Source: the human T2T-CHM13v2.0 reference genome, Homo sapiens. From it: a stretch of 64,000 bases of DNA. Shown here piece by piece: positions 14,111-28,489 of the stretch. A program made the position numbers and the translations under genes. Location of the stretch: the NCBI RefSeq assembly GCF_009914755.1, contig NC_060925.1; one strand, 5' to 3'. Every line of letters starts with the position of its first letter. Position 1 is the first letter of the stretch. The notes beneath the pieces are model-generated. The model had not been told where the DNA came from and made no database searches. It saw only the letters and a program-made list of their open reading frames with translations.

Positions 14111-14669
14111 AGTATCTGCCACATTTTGGCAGAATGTGGCCTTTCCTGGTGTTGGCTCCACTCACCTTAAGAGTGCTAGCTGTCTCACCAGCCGCTCTCT
14201 CTGCATGTTGTTGGCTGTGACTTCCCCTGACACAAACAGGTTTATTTTGGCAGAGTTCCCACTTCCTGCTTGTTTAGATTATGTCCTCAAGTGATACCAA
14301 AAAAGAGGAAGTGAGATTAAACACCCTTTCCTCTGTCCGAGAGTCACTGGGGTGTGCCTGACACCATATCGATGACTGCCACTGTGGCCGAGGCTCGCCT
14401 GAGGGCAACGTGGGGCTTCCTGCTTTGCACTTCAGCTCAGCAGAGAGGCCGTGCCAGAACCCTTGGGAGGAAACACTGACATTCGCTGGTTTTCTTTTCC
14501 TTCAAATCCACTAGCTTTGTGAATTAAATATTGATGCTGAGGTGTATTTGGGAGGGAAGCAAATCCTAAGGCAGATTCACATTTCTGAGACCAAAGAAAG
14601 GCACTGGAATGTATCGGTGTAACTTTAAAACACTGAGAATGCCTTGGTAATAGGAACTTTTTGGCTTCA

Positions 14670-15005
<336 letters not shown>

Positions 15006-15767
15006 TTAAGTTGCTTTCTTCATTTTCTATTGGTAAAAGGTCAGTGCTGCTGGGAAACCTATGCAGGGCCTAGGTCCAAGGAAGAGAAAGCCAGCTCTTC
15101 TGGACTTGCAGGATTGGGGGAGTTGGCACCTGCAGGGTTAGGACCAAAGAACTGGGTTGTATCAGGGAATCCTGGGCTTTCATATCTGGAAGAGACCTTA
15201 ATGAGCACACTGTCTAAACTATATAATACGCAATGTGCACGGAAACTCAGAAAGGGAAATCACTGCTCACTAGACATGCATCTACATTCAGGTCTCCTCA
15301 CTTCCAGACTACTACACATGCTCTGACACAAACAGATAACATACTCTTCCCAGTTACCACTGAGCTGAACATGAGCTTTCTCCTATCACCAATCGTCTTG
15401 ACTTTGTAACAGTACTCAAGTCGGGATTTTCCAGAGAAGACACGAATTTCATGCTTGAAATAATCTACACACTGAATAATATATATCTGCACAAGTGAAA
15501 ATATTTTGTGTCGCATGAGCCCTGGAGACCAGAGATCTAGGTTAAGTTCCTGCCTCTGCCAATTACTTAACTAGTTACATCATCTCTTTGAGCCTCATTT
15601 TCCTTATTCATGAAATAGCTTACATCTTCACAGGGTTCTCTGAGATTAGACAAGTGCTAACTAACATAGTATAATACCTATTATACAGAAAACCTTCAGT
15701 AAGTATCAAGCATTATTGTTTTAGCATGAGAATAAAACAGGAGGAGAAAATGAGTCTCATATTTTAT

Positions 15768-16075
<308 letters not shown>

Positions 16076-16769
16076 TAATATTATTAATTACAGTAATAAT
16101 AATTGTAACGGCTATAATAATTTATTCAACATTTATTGTATTGCCAGGCTTTGTGCTAAATGCCGTTTAGTTTCTTCACAACCTTATGAGTTAGACAGTA
16201 GGTACCTCCATTTAACAGATGAGTAATTTTTAGCTGCTGATAAAGGTGAAATAACTCTCCTAAGGCCATATAAGTCATGAAGCTAGGATCTGAACCCCGT
16301 CGACGTGGGTCTAAAACCCATGCTCTTAAGCCACTCTGCTCTATTTCTTCATCCAATAAATATCTCATAAAGAAGCTCCCATAAAGCAAAATCAATTAGT
16401 CAATTTCACGGAGCCAGAGGCCTAAGTTCAATTCTTGGCACAAATGCTTATTAGTTATGACCTTGGGCAAATTTCTTAACTTCTCTGTGCCTCTTTGTAT
16501 TCATCCGTAAAATGGAGATAATAGCAATACTTCCCTCAAAGGTTTTTTTATTTTTAGAAATAAATGAGTTAATACTTATAAAATACTTAGAAAAGTACTT
16601 GGCACATGGTAAACACTCAGGAACTATCTGCTATTATTATTATACTACTACGTATTATACATGTTGTTATATTTCTCTACATAACTCAATAAATACTTAT
16701 TTAGACCTTGTGCTACAGGGATGAAATAAAATATGAATGATACATGGTCTCCTAAATAAACTCAGCCTA

Positions 16770-17342
<573 letters not shown>

Positions 17343-17714
17343 TTAGATGGAGTTAGCACTGAAGATGACCATCATAAGGAGATGCAGGTGAATAGAAACT
17401 GGGAAAGAAAAGCAAAGCACATGCTCCACAGATTTCACTGAAATGGGAATTGCTACAAGTATTGCCCAATTTTCTGGGTCACCAAGGCAGGGCATCTACA
17501 TTTTTGCTTGCTAGCTTCACCATTCTTGTGCACATTAGTACTCACATCTACACACTGTTACTAGGATTGAGCATCAGTTAGAAAATGGTCTGCAAGGTGT
17601 TAGGAGCAATTGTCATTTTGTGTGATGAGAAATGCTTTGTATGTTCTATTTGCATGTCTGATTTATAACTTTTCTAAACAGATCACATTTTTTATTTTAA
17701 AAATGAGAAAGAAA

Positions 17715-18050
17715 GGCTGGGGGCGGTGGCTCACGCCTGTAATCCCAGCACTTTGGGAGGCCGAGGCGGGCGGATCATCTGAGGTCGGGAGTGAGAGACC
17801 AGCTTGACCAACATGGAGAAACCCCATCTGTACTAAAAATATAAAAGTAGCCAGGTATGGTGGCACATGCCTGTAATCCCAGCTACTCAGGAGGCTGAGG
17901 CAGGAGAATCGCTTGAACCTGGGAGGCCAAAGTTGCGGTGAGCCAAGATCATGCCATTGTACTTCAGCCTGGGCAACAACAGCAAAACTCCGTCCCCCCA
18001 AGCACCCCCACAAAAAAGAGAGAGAGAGAGAGAGTGAGAGAGAGAGAGAG
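17715..18050 (+). mobile_element. AluS (Sp/Sq-like) with (GA)n tail at 18017-18050
   Basis: ggctgggggcggtggctcacgcctgtaatcccagc...accaacatggagaaacccc... Confidence 0.94.
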
Positions 18051-19315
18051 AAAGACATACTAAAGCTAATTAATACAAAAGACTTAGTGTTTGCCATGTG
18101 AATATGAATCAGATATATTATTTAAAAGATCAACAGGTAAGCTGAAAGATTAGTTACCTATCCAGGTGCTAGTGGGCGACTATCTACAACAAACAGAATC
18201 TAAACAAGCTGATATACTGCTAGAACGGGAGTCAATGTTAAGAAGAACGTTGAGTACCCCTGAAACAAAGAACAAGTCCACTGGGGGCCAAATGCGGAGA
18301 CTGATCTGCTTGTTACTCCCAGGACTGAGACAGCACCTGGCCCCGGGTCATCCCTGCCGCATGGAGTGGCTTCAGAACAGTAGAAAATTGTGAAGTTTGG
18401 GATTCATCCTCAACAAATGTTATTTTTCTTTTAGATTAATGTAATATAACAGAATTAGAGAAGAACTGTCATTTTTCAATTTAGCTTATGAAAAAATAAA
18501 GAGGAAGTACCCAAAGTGAAGGCCACAGAAAAAAGAGAAAGCAGCAGTTGAGCAGTATCGACTCAATCCCTGCATCACTGAGGAGCAAGCTGTGATCTGC
18601 TCTAGACTCTGGTCAAGCGCAAGGAGAAACAAGCAGCAACCTAATGAGAAGACGCACGCCGCCTATCACAAACAATGCAGCTACGAAATCCCTTCTTCAA
18701 AATGAGACTGTCTTCATTTATGACCATCCTAATAGCCCACTGGTGAAAAAAAACTATTGGATGTCATAGATGGACAGAACTTAAATATTCCTTCACAGAG
18801 ACTTGATCTCAAACGATATTTTTAAGTAAATGCAATTTTCTTGAGATATTTAATAGTAGTTGATCAATTCTCACATTAGAATTAACAGCTCTGTAGTGAA
18901 CTACTGTAACGTGTTCAGAGTTCAGGCTTGGGATGGTAGTAGCTGCTTACAGAACTGTACTGAGAAGGATTTTTAAGATGGGTCCAAAACAAAAGGAAAA
19001 AATGCAGTGATAGACGACAGTGTCCACCATGGGCAAGGAGGGGACGGAGAAGGCCTGGGGGCCACTAATTTTATTGGCATCCTCAGCTCAGAAATTTCAC
19101 CCAAGCACAAATTTCTGAGATTAGCAGCCAACATCCAAAATCAAGACACAATTATAATTAGGCTACGTGTATGTAGTAAACATTCTAAGGAAGATCTGGG
19201 TTTCATAGAGAGCAAAGGTCAGCCAAACCCTGGCAGTAATTAAGCTGAAATGTGTAAGAACATGTAGAAACACCACCATCCTCACAATCAATTCTTCAGC
19301 CAGTGGGAAGCTTTA

Positions 19316-19480
<165 letters not shown>

Positions 19481-21479
19481 CTAGGAGCAAGGGGGAGAAA
19501 CCATGAGAGCCCACCCGTTTTTGATCTTGACAAGAAGGCTACTACACAGGGAGGGGCCGCCTAGAAACGCAGCACAGCAACGAGACGAATCAGATTGGCA
19601 GTTTCTCTAGCATCAGAGCTCTTTTAAACAGAGTTGGGTGTGAAGAGGCTCAGGAGATGTTCTCCCCCGCTCATTCATTTAACAAAACATTGACTGAGCA
19701 CTATGCCAGGCACTGGGGAACAGTACAGACATACGAAGTCCCTTCGCCATAGAAGTGACGCTGACAAACACTGTGTACTAGGCCTGGACTGCGCCAGAGC
19801 AAGGGAAGGTGACACTGGGCTGAGGTCTGATCATGCATGAATTCCACAAACATGCTTAGATGGCCTTGTCTAGGAGCTGGGTGTACAGAGTTGATGGGGC
19901 TCTCCCTCCATTCTGGTGTAGCTCTAGGGAAAGGGGAACGTTCCGCAGTGCATCATCACCACATGTACATTTTCCCACATCTACCGTTCGAGTTTCCCAT
20001 AGTGAAATGTGTCACCAAAATATACCCCCCCACTGATGGAGGTGCACAGCATTCTAAGAACTAACGGGAACTTTAAACACAAAAACTAAAACAAGGCTAA
20101 CCAGCAGTGCCCAGCCCAGCTTTGTACAGAGTGAAAACGATAATTCCAGTGCCGGCTCCCACTGATTAAACCCTGCCTCAGTGCTGCCACACAGTGCTTG
20201 GCTCCTTTATTTAGTCCTCATAACACCTTACAACGTGGATGTTAACATCGTCATCTCCAACAGATGAGGAATCTAAGGCACAAAACAGTAAACAGCCCCT
20301 ATTCAGTCACTCCTTCATTTGGTAATTATTGAGAACTAATTATGGGCTAGATGTTATTCTAGGTGCTAGGGAAACAGCAATAAACTAAACCACGTTCCTG
20401 ATCTCCTGGAGATTCCACTCTAAGGAGAAAGAAAAGAATAAATGACTAGGAGTATCTAACGTCAGGCAGTTATAAAACCCCAAGTCAAGTAGAAGAATTG
20501 AGTACCCTGGGGGCCCAGGGCTTAGCAAGTGGTAGGCTGGGATTAAATCTAGACCTGGCCAGGACCACTGTTCAATGCCGTGCTACAGCCACATTCGGTT
20601 TTCATCAAATGACTTAAAGTACATAGAACACTAAAGTGTGAACTCTTAAGCCTTTCTCCAGCTTGGAGCAGGGCAGGCACAAAGCCTGGGAGAAGTGTTC
20701 CTGCATATGTGAGATGCTCTCTTTCCCTGAAGAACTTCAGATTAATGGTTTTTGGATGGAGGGCTCCCACTGCTCCCGTTTCTCTTCTTTTCACCATGGG
20801 ATATCTTGTTTCTCTCAGGTGAGGAAAGGTCACTGACATTCCAAAAACTTCTGAGGAACAATGATCTATGCCAGTAATGTGTGAAGAGCAAAGGAAAACC
20901 TGAAACTGTCCTGTTGGCCTGTGGTTTTTTTGTAAACATTCACTGTACAGCTACCTCAAGTCACTTATTCCTGAGCCTCCAAAAGGTCAATCTAACGCCA
21001 TGCTTATTCTTCAAGTATGGCACACTCTTCCTTTACACCTCTGCTCCCGGGAAAGGTAAAGAATAAATCTCAGCTATGGATACACAAAACTGGGAAGCTG
21101 AATCCAAAAAGACCATCTAAAAATGGCCGGTTCATTTTCTTTTTTTCCACACAGTATCTGCCTGGGGCTGTGCACTGTCCCCTTTCTCTGTTGTCTCTAT
21201 GGCAGTTCTAAGGCATAGATGGAATGGAGATAATGGACAATTAGTAACTAAAGCCCTACAGTGGGACATAACTCTGACACAGATATACTGATACGTGTGT
21301 GATCTCACACATAATGGTATACTCTAAGGTAATAATAAACAGAACGTGTACAGGACCACCTACGTATGCAGTTGTTCACAACAGACTATAAAGTAATAGC
21401 ATAAAAGGGAAAACGAGAAAAACAGAAAATGTCCAGGAACGGGTGACTAAGTTAAATAAATGACGGCTTTTCCTCTGGA

Positions 21480-22692
21480 CTCCAGCCTCATTACTCAATT
21501 TCCTACTTGAAATCTCCACTTGTATGTTTCACAGGCATCTCCGAAAAAGGACTCCTGATTTCTGCCCCTTCCCCACCCTCTTCCCCCAAGACCTTCCCTG
21601 TGTGGGGAATGACTCCATTATCCATCCGACATCACCCAAAACAGAAACCCAGTCATCATCTTTGATTCCTCAAATTCTCTCAGCTTCCACATCCAACTCA
21701 ACAGCAAATCCTATCAATTCTATCTTCAAGATGAACAGCAGATCTACTCATTTTGCTCCACTGCCACTGTTGCTACACTAGGCCAAACCAGCATTTTCTC
21801 TCCCAGGATCATTGCTGCAGACTCTCAGCTTGTATGTTTCGAGTGTACTCTTGGACCCAGCACAATCTGCTTTCCACGTGTAACAAGAATCATCGACTTG
21901 AAACATACATAAAATGAAGCCTTCCAAATGGCTTCCCACCACACTCAGGGTTAAAGCATAACCCCTTGCCAGCTCCTACAAGGCTCTGTGTATGCAATCT
22001 GCCCCCACCTGCCTCTCCAGCCTCGTTCCCCATCACCCTCCTCTGGTCTGCAGCCACATGGTCTCTCCTTGCAGCTCTACTGGCCCTCAGGGCCTTCCCC
22101 CATTCTGTTCCCTCTACATCAGATCTTTTCAACTGAGGCTGAGAGGAGAGTCGGCAATATTGAAGACATTTTTGGTCATCACTGCTAAGGAGAGAGTGCT
22201 ACTGGCATCTACTGGGTGGAGGCAGGGATGCTGGTAAATACCCTACAATGCATAGGGCAGGCCATCACAGCAAAGAATCATCTGGGCCAAAAGGTCAGTA
22301 GTGCTGCTGCTGAGACACTCTACATGGAAGAAATAGTCCCCCACCCCTCTCTTAGAATTGCAGATTCCTTTTTATTCTTCAGGATTCATTATAAATGTTA
22401 CCTCCTTAGAGAGACCTTCTCTGATCATATGATTTAAATTAGGTCTTCCCATTCAAACCCCCCTGTCCATATTCTCTATTGCAAGCTTCTGCTTTCACAG
22501 TACTTTCCATAATTTCTTACGTATTATCTATGTATCATTTTATTTGCTTGTTTTCTAACTTGATGTACATCTGATGCATGCAGAGGCCATGTCTGTCTTG
22601 TTCACTCCAGCATCTCCAGCATCTTAGCAGGTACAAGTGCCTGAGGCAAATAGTACGCAGACATCCAGTCAATATTTGTTGAATAAATGAAT
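21480..22692 (+). mobile_element. L2 fragment(s)
   Basis: atctccacttgtatgtttcacaggcatct... ending caatatttgttgaataaatgaa (L2 3' end). Confidence 0.7.
22118..22320 (+). mobile_element. MER20 (hAT-Charlie) nested in L2
   Basis: gacatttttggtcatcac...gtgctactggcatcta.tgggtggaggcagggatgctg.taaa...cacagcaaagaatcatctgg.ccaaaa.gtcagtagtgc. Confidence 0.88.
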
Positions 22693-23321
22693 TGTTACAA
22701 AGTCATTAAAACAACGAAGATCAATATTTTAATTGACATTTGAAGGACAAACAATAAAAAAAATCAGATGAATAAAAAAGCAGTTTACAAAACAAAATGA
22801 ACCATAAAATATTTTCAAAATCTATACAGTATCTAAATTTGCATGTTAAAATCAGGAAGCATACTACTAAAAATCTTAGCAATCTCAGAGTAAATGTAAT
22901 TTCAGGTGATTCTACCTTCTCTTTTGTTTTTTTTCTAGCGTCTAATCTTTCTATCCTACCACCAGTGACAGAGTGGCCATCTCCTTCCTCCCCAGACATT
23001 ACTACGGCTGCTGAGAAGTGCCTTCTTCAGCCCTGTTGAATTACATCTTCTAACAAGCAGAGCTTCCCTCTGACCTCTGCACATAAGGCTATTAATACGG
23101 ATGAAAAATAAAATGGTAGGAGGTGGGGAAAAGGAAAGGAATAGGAAAGAAAGGAAGCCCCAAAGCCCACAAGCTGGATAACCAGCCTCTTGGAAAGCTG
23201 AAATGCTGCCTTTTTTCTCCTCACTTGGGGCAAGTCCAGGTGTGGCAAGAACTTACCCAGAACAGGCCTTAAAGCACTCTAGCACCACCAAGTTCAGCTG
23301 CAGCAGGGGGTCTGAGCTCTA

Positions 23322-23609
<288 letters not shown>

Positions 23610-24234
23610 TCAGTGCCGGAGGCTGAAGTGCCCTGAGAAGCAGGCAGACAACCCTGCCCCTTGTAGCCCCTCACCATCTCTTTCCTTCTTACTAGCGCTG
23701 CGTGAGAAGTGTCCCATCAGCACCTCCTCTATGACTCAGGGAGCTAAAGTGACTTCCCGAAGATCACAAAGACAGCTCCTCTGACTTCTCACTATGCTTC
23801 CAGAATAGGGAAACACCTGCTGACTGGAACTCCATGCTGACCACAGCTCCCTGCACGCTTACCATCAGCCACACTGCTAAGCCCATTCTACCTCGAATCC
23901 AAGACCAATTTGATTGACATTTTAACATTCCTGCAACTTAGTTTCATCACGCAATCAAGATATACAGCTTACGTGGCAGTGTTTCCTACTTCCCAGATTG
24001 CTGCTATTCAACTGATGGTGTATCTTACATGATGAATAGGATTTTAAAAGAGAGCTACCCAAACACCACTACAGGCATCATGAAACGAGTTAACAAGCAC
24101 TTTATATATATTATGTTATTTAATCTTCACAGCAACTCTACAAGGAAGGTTTCATTCATTTTACAGATGAGGAAAACTGAGATTCCAAGAGGCTAGGTGA
24201 CCTAAAACTACAAAAGCCTGTTCTCTTAACTACT

Positions 24235-24560
24235 ACAGTTGACCCTTGAACAGCATGGGTTTGAACCACAGAAGTCCATTCATACACAGATTTTTTTTTC
24301 AATAAGTATATTGAAAATTTTTTTGGAGATTTGCAACAGTTTGAAAAAACTGACGAACTGTGTAGCACAGAAATTTTTTTTTTTTAATTTCAGAAAAAGG
24401 TACATCATGAATACATAAGATATATACAGGTTACTAGTCTGTTTATGTTATTGGTAAGGCTTCCAGTCAACAGTGGGCTATTATTATTAGCTATGTTTTG
24501 GAGGGTCAAAGTTATGCATGGATTGTCAATTGCACAGGGGGTTGGTGCCCCTAACCCTAC
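24235..24560 (+). mobile_element. Tigger2-family DNA transposon fragment
   Basis: TA + cagttgacccttgaaca...gggtttgaac left TIR; right end truncated. Confidence 0.8.
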
Positions 24561-25165
24561 CTTCCATATATAACTTCCTCTGTCACCTGTAAGAAAAACA
24601 CAATTTCTGGAATGTGTGGAAGTGACTAAGGGAAGTGACTGAGCCAAGCCAGCCCAGGCCATCTGTAGGCTACAGACTCAGCTGCTACCTAGGTCTCTTT
24701 CCCTTGACTTGCCCATGAACTAATGAGAAAAGAACCATGTCATGGAGAAGCAATAAATACAACTCCCTCTTTCCCTGCAAAAAGCTGCTGCTACACTTCA
24801 ACAACTGTCACTGTGCTATGTTTGCAGAGCCTAAGACAAGCCAGGCCCTGAGTTAGGGCCTGAGATGTGGAGGGCTCTCAGGCATGTTTCTCGTACTCTG
24901 TGAGTTCCTGTCTCTGGGAGCAACCGGTCAGGTCCAGCAGCAACTATCCAGCAACACACAATGGGGCACGTATCACAAGCAGGACTACACTGTGACTTCC
25001 ATAGGCCCTAAACACTTTTCCCTTCCTCCATAAAAAATATTACAAGTTATATTTCTCAACTATGTTTTCTGATTTTAAGTGAAATTAGACATTTTATGGG
25101 CCCCTAACAAGTGTGTGCTCTAGGCACTGTGCTTAAAGGGTAAGTTGTCCTTGGACATATGACAG

Positions 25166-26204
25166 TCTCTGGCGAGGTGCCGAGGAGACAGGTCGCCCTC
25201 CATTGCCAGGGGAGGTGGCAGGAGGGGAAAAAGCACCAAGGAAGGGAAGCTGGAACAGAATAATTAAATGCCAGGCTACAGAGCCTGGACCATGCAAAGC
25301 AGGCAGAGCAAAGAACGAAAGCCAAGCACATATGAGGCACGCTCTCCTGGGAGGGAAGCCCCATGGAAGATAGAAACGGAAGCGGCAGAGAGAAGCAGAT
25401 GCCTGTGGCATCATTCGAGCAATGCCGTGAGCTGTGCACGGAAGCAAAGGCTGCAGCTGTCCTGCTCACCACTGAATCCCAGTGCCTGGTACCTAACAGC
25501 TACTGAACACATGCTTGATAGATAAACAAAAGATGAATAAACTCAGGGAGTAGCAATTAACATGGAAAGGATAAACAAAGAAGTTACTTTAAAGGTAAAA
25601 ACCAACATTTTTATAATCTTCAATGATTCTATACAGCCCATCTTCCTTGTAATTTACGAAAGTGACTGAGAATTTGACTGTGGGCTTTGGTGTCTCTCTC
25701 ACACACAGAAAGAATCACACATCTGCAGAGCCACGGGCAGCATGAGCCACGTCAGGCCTCTGAAGCTGCTGGACTGTTCCCTTACCCTCCGCTGGTGACA
25801 GTGGAAAGCTAGGGCTATCAGCTGGCAGGGAGGCTGCCACTCATGCTGTACCCAGGCCTGGCACTGCTCTTCAAGGGTAGAACAGAACACGTGCCCAGGA
25901 GAACTTAGCCACGATCCTCTCCCTGGGACAAGCAGGAAGGAAGGAGTGAACCAGCTACAGAGGTTCAAAGAGGGGTTCTGACAGAATGGCCAACAGGAGG
26001 GGTAAATGCTGTTTGATGGCGGAGGAAGGCAGTAATAAGAGAATGAGAAGTAGGTACAATATGGAAGGTTTCCCGAGATAAGGAAAGAAAAGGGTTCCGA
26101 GGATGGAGGGTGTTGTCCAAGAGAGAAGAATCTCTGATGAGGTGCCAAGGAGAGAGACAGGTCACCCTCCACTGCCAGGGGAGGTGGCAGGAGGGGAAAA
26201 GGCA
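25166..26204. repeat. Dispersed ~70-bp direct repeat pair (25166-25235 and 26131-26204)
   Basis: tctctg..gaggtgcc.agg(agag)agacaggtc.ccctcca.tgccaggggaggtggcaggaggggaaaa.gca shared, ~965 bp apart. Confidence 0.88.
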
Positions 26205-27060
26205 GATGTTCCCTGAGCCAACGGAGCCACGGCCTTCTTCTTCCACATCCTACTGAGTCTCTGTGAGAAACAGTCCTTGGATCTGGTAGAGATGAGGGCC
26301 CAACAAACTCCCTCTGGGCAGAACACAATCTTCAATCTGGTCTGAACAACGATATTCTTCCAGGCTGCTGAGAGCCCTGTGGGACCATCTTTGTCTTGGA
26401 AGCCTTTAGGTCAGATACTCAGACAGCATCAGGCTGAGGAGACCAAACATAATGTGTAGCTTCTCCACTGGAACAAAGGCTAAAGGTAAACAGAAGATGA
26501 GGGAGCCTAAAATAAGGCCGGCAGCTTTCTCCTTAATAAGATGTCAAAAATATTAACAAAATTTTAAATCCATGACTACCAGAATCAGTACCCTCCCTAT
26601 CACCCATAAGACCAAGCTTGAAGACACACTGAAGACAGACATTCCACACACCTTTTTAAAATTAATTATAAAGGTGCTCATCAAACCTGGTACACAAAAA
26701 TTCCAGATACTATAGCATGCCAATGGAAAAAAAATTAAAAATGACATCAATAAATGTAGAATGATACCTGCCTATATTCCTTTTCAAAATGACGTGGAGG
26801 AACAAAGCAGGAAGAAAGGAGAAAGAAAAAAAAGACAAATAGACATCAATCAGAGCTACGCACTGCAAGTTTTTGAGAAAATTATGTACAGATAACTGCA
26901 TATTTTAAGTTTATATGCAGATATTATACACAACAAACTCTCTTTAGGCTTCTATAAAATGTTTTAATGGACTGTGAAATTCAATTGTTTAAAAAAGCAA
27001 GAAAATATTTTTTGAAAAGGAATACAGAATATGGTTGTCTTATGCTAAGATATATATATA

Positions 27061-27140
27061 AGAGCTTGGTGTTCTCATCATACGGGGCAAAGAGGTTGTG
27101 ACAAAGAGGAGAGATACCTGAGGATAACTATGATTACCCA
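27061..27140 (-). pseudogene. Intronic partial copy of JAK1 exon 4 (64 bp incl. acceptor) fused to a 17-bp copy of 28705-28721
   Basis: 27061-27124 matches 29066-29129 at 62/64; 27124-27140 is identical to 28705-28721. Confidence 0.92.
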
Positions 27141-28489
27141 ACAACTATCAAAAGCATTATCTAAAAACAGAAAACGATAATTGAAATACAAGAATATTTC
27201 CCAAAGTAAAACTGGTACTCCACTGAAATCATCACCAACATTTATTTTCATTTACGCCTCCTTTAGTGGTGAGATTATGAGGTTTCAAAATCTTTGTAGT
27301 TTGTCATCAGGCAAATGTTTTAGCTTAGGGTGGTATTTTTTTTTTCCAAGTTCAAAGGGCCTGTGGTAACAAAGCAATATCCTGTTGAAGCACCATGTCA
27401 GGTACAGAGTCAAGGTGCTAAAAGTGAAGCAACCCTGCACTTCCAGGCAGCTAACAGAAAGAGGGAACAGGCAAAGACAGCCTTTAATAGCCAGGCACTC
27501 AGACAACCAAGACTAATGCCTCAAAGAGCTCTACAATGCCTCAATTGTAAAGCTAATCAGACAATTCACTAGATGTAATTTTTGGGTTAACTCTCTTCCC
27601 TTTTCTGGGTATTAGTTTTTCCACTGAAAAAAAAATGAAAGAGTTGAATTAGGTAACTTTGGTCTTTTCCAATCCTAAAAGCTACCATTCTAGACTCTGA
27701 GCTGAGTACAGAAACCTAGAGGGAAAGAATTAGAACCCAGGGACATACCCCTTCCAGACTTCAAACTGCAACAACCCATTTCAATGCTGATCACACAGCC
27801 AATCCCCAGGCCACAAAAAGCAAGATTACATGTGGAAAAACAAAGCCAATAGCCAGAAGGCTCAGCTGGGACCTGAAATCTCCACGGCACACAGCTTTCC
27901 TCTCCAGGTGAGACTTTGGTTAAGCATAGAAAGAAGAGGAAAAAGTCAGCCCTAGGATGATTATCAAAGAAAGTTAGATCTGGTTCAGTGTCCACTGAGA
28001 AAAACATCCCAGTCATTGTGTAATGGTGACAACTCCACCAAATTCTCCCAAAAATAGTAGCTATGATACTGTGAAGTCTCCGAGATTTCAGAGGGCTTTT
28101 CTAGCAAATCCCTGCATTCTATTAGCATCTGAGCTTATCTACTGTTTTAATACCTCTGTAAGTTAACCTGCTTTTCAAAAAGGATCCACCCTATTTATAA
28201 TCTCCACTGCTAAACACACATTAACTTCTGCTTAGCAAGTATGTAACTAACATATTTTCCATTCTAGTTACTGAACAAATATGTTTACAAACTCAGGAGA
28301 CTGCAGCTATTGAAGTACTGACTGTCTGTGTCACCTGTGACATTTCTCAAAGTCTGCAATATGGGAGAAAAGGCAGGTGCCCATCAGAAGAAAAATTACA
28401 GCTCCACAGCCAAAAATCCTCAAGGAGTAGTCAAAACATCCACTCCCAGAGAGCAAGGCCAACCTAGAATTTCTAGTTAACACTTCAGG

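Noticed and set aside
25699-26328. 209-aa minus-strand ORF in intron 4
   Set aside because: Non-ATG start, no recognisable domain, low-complexity pyrimidine-rich composition; overlaps the 70-bp duplicate.
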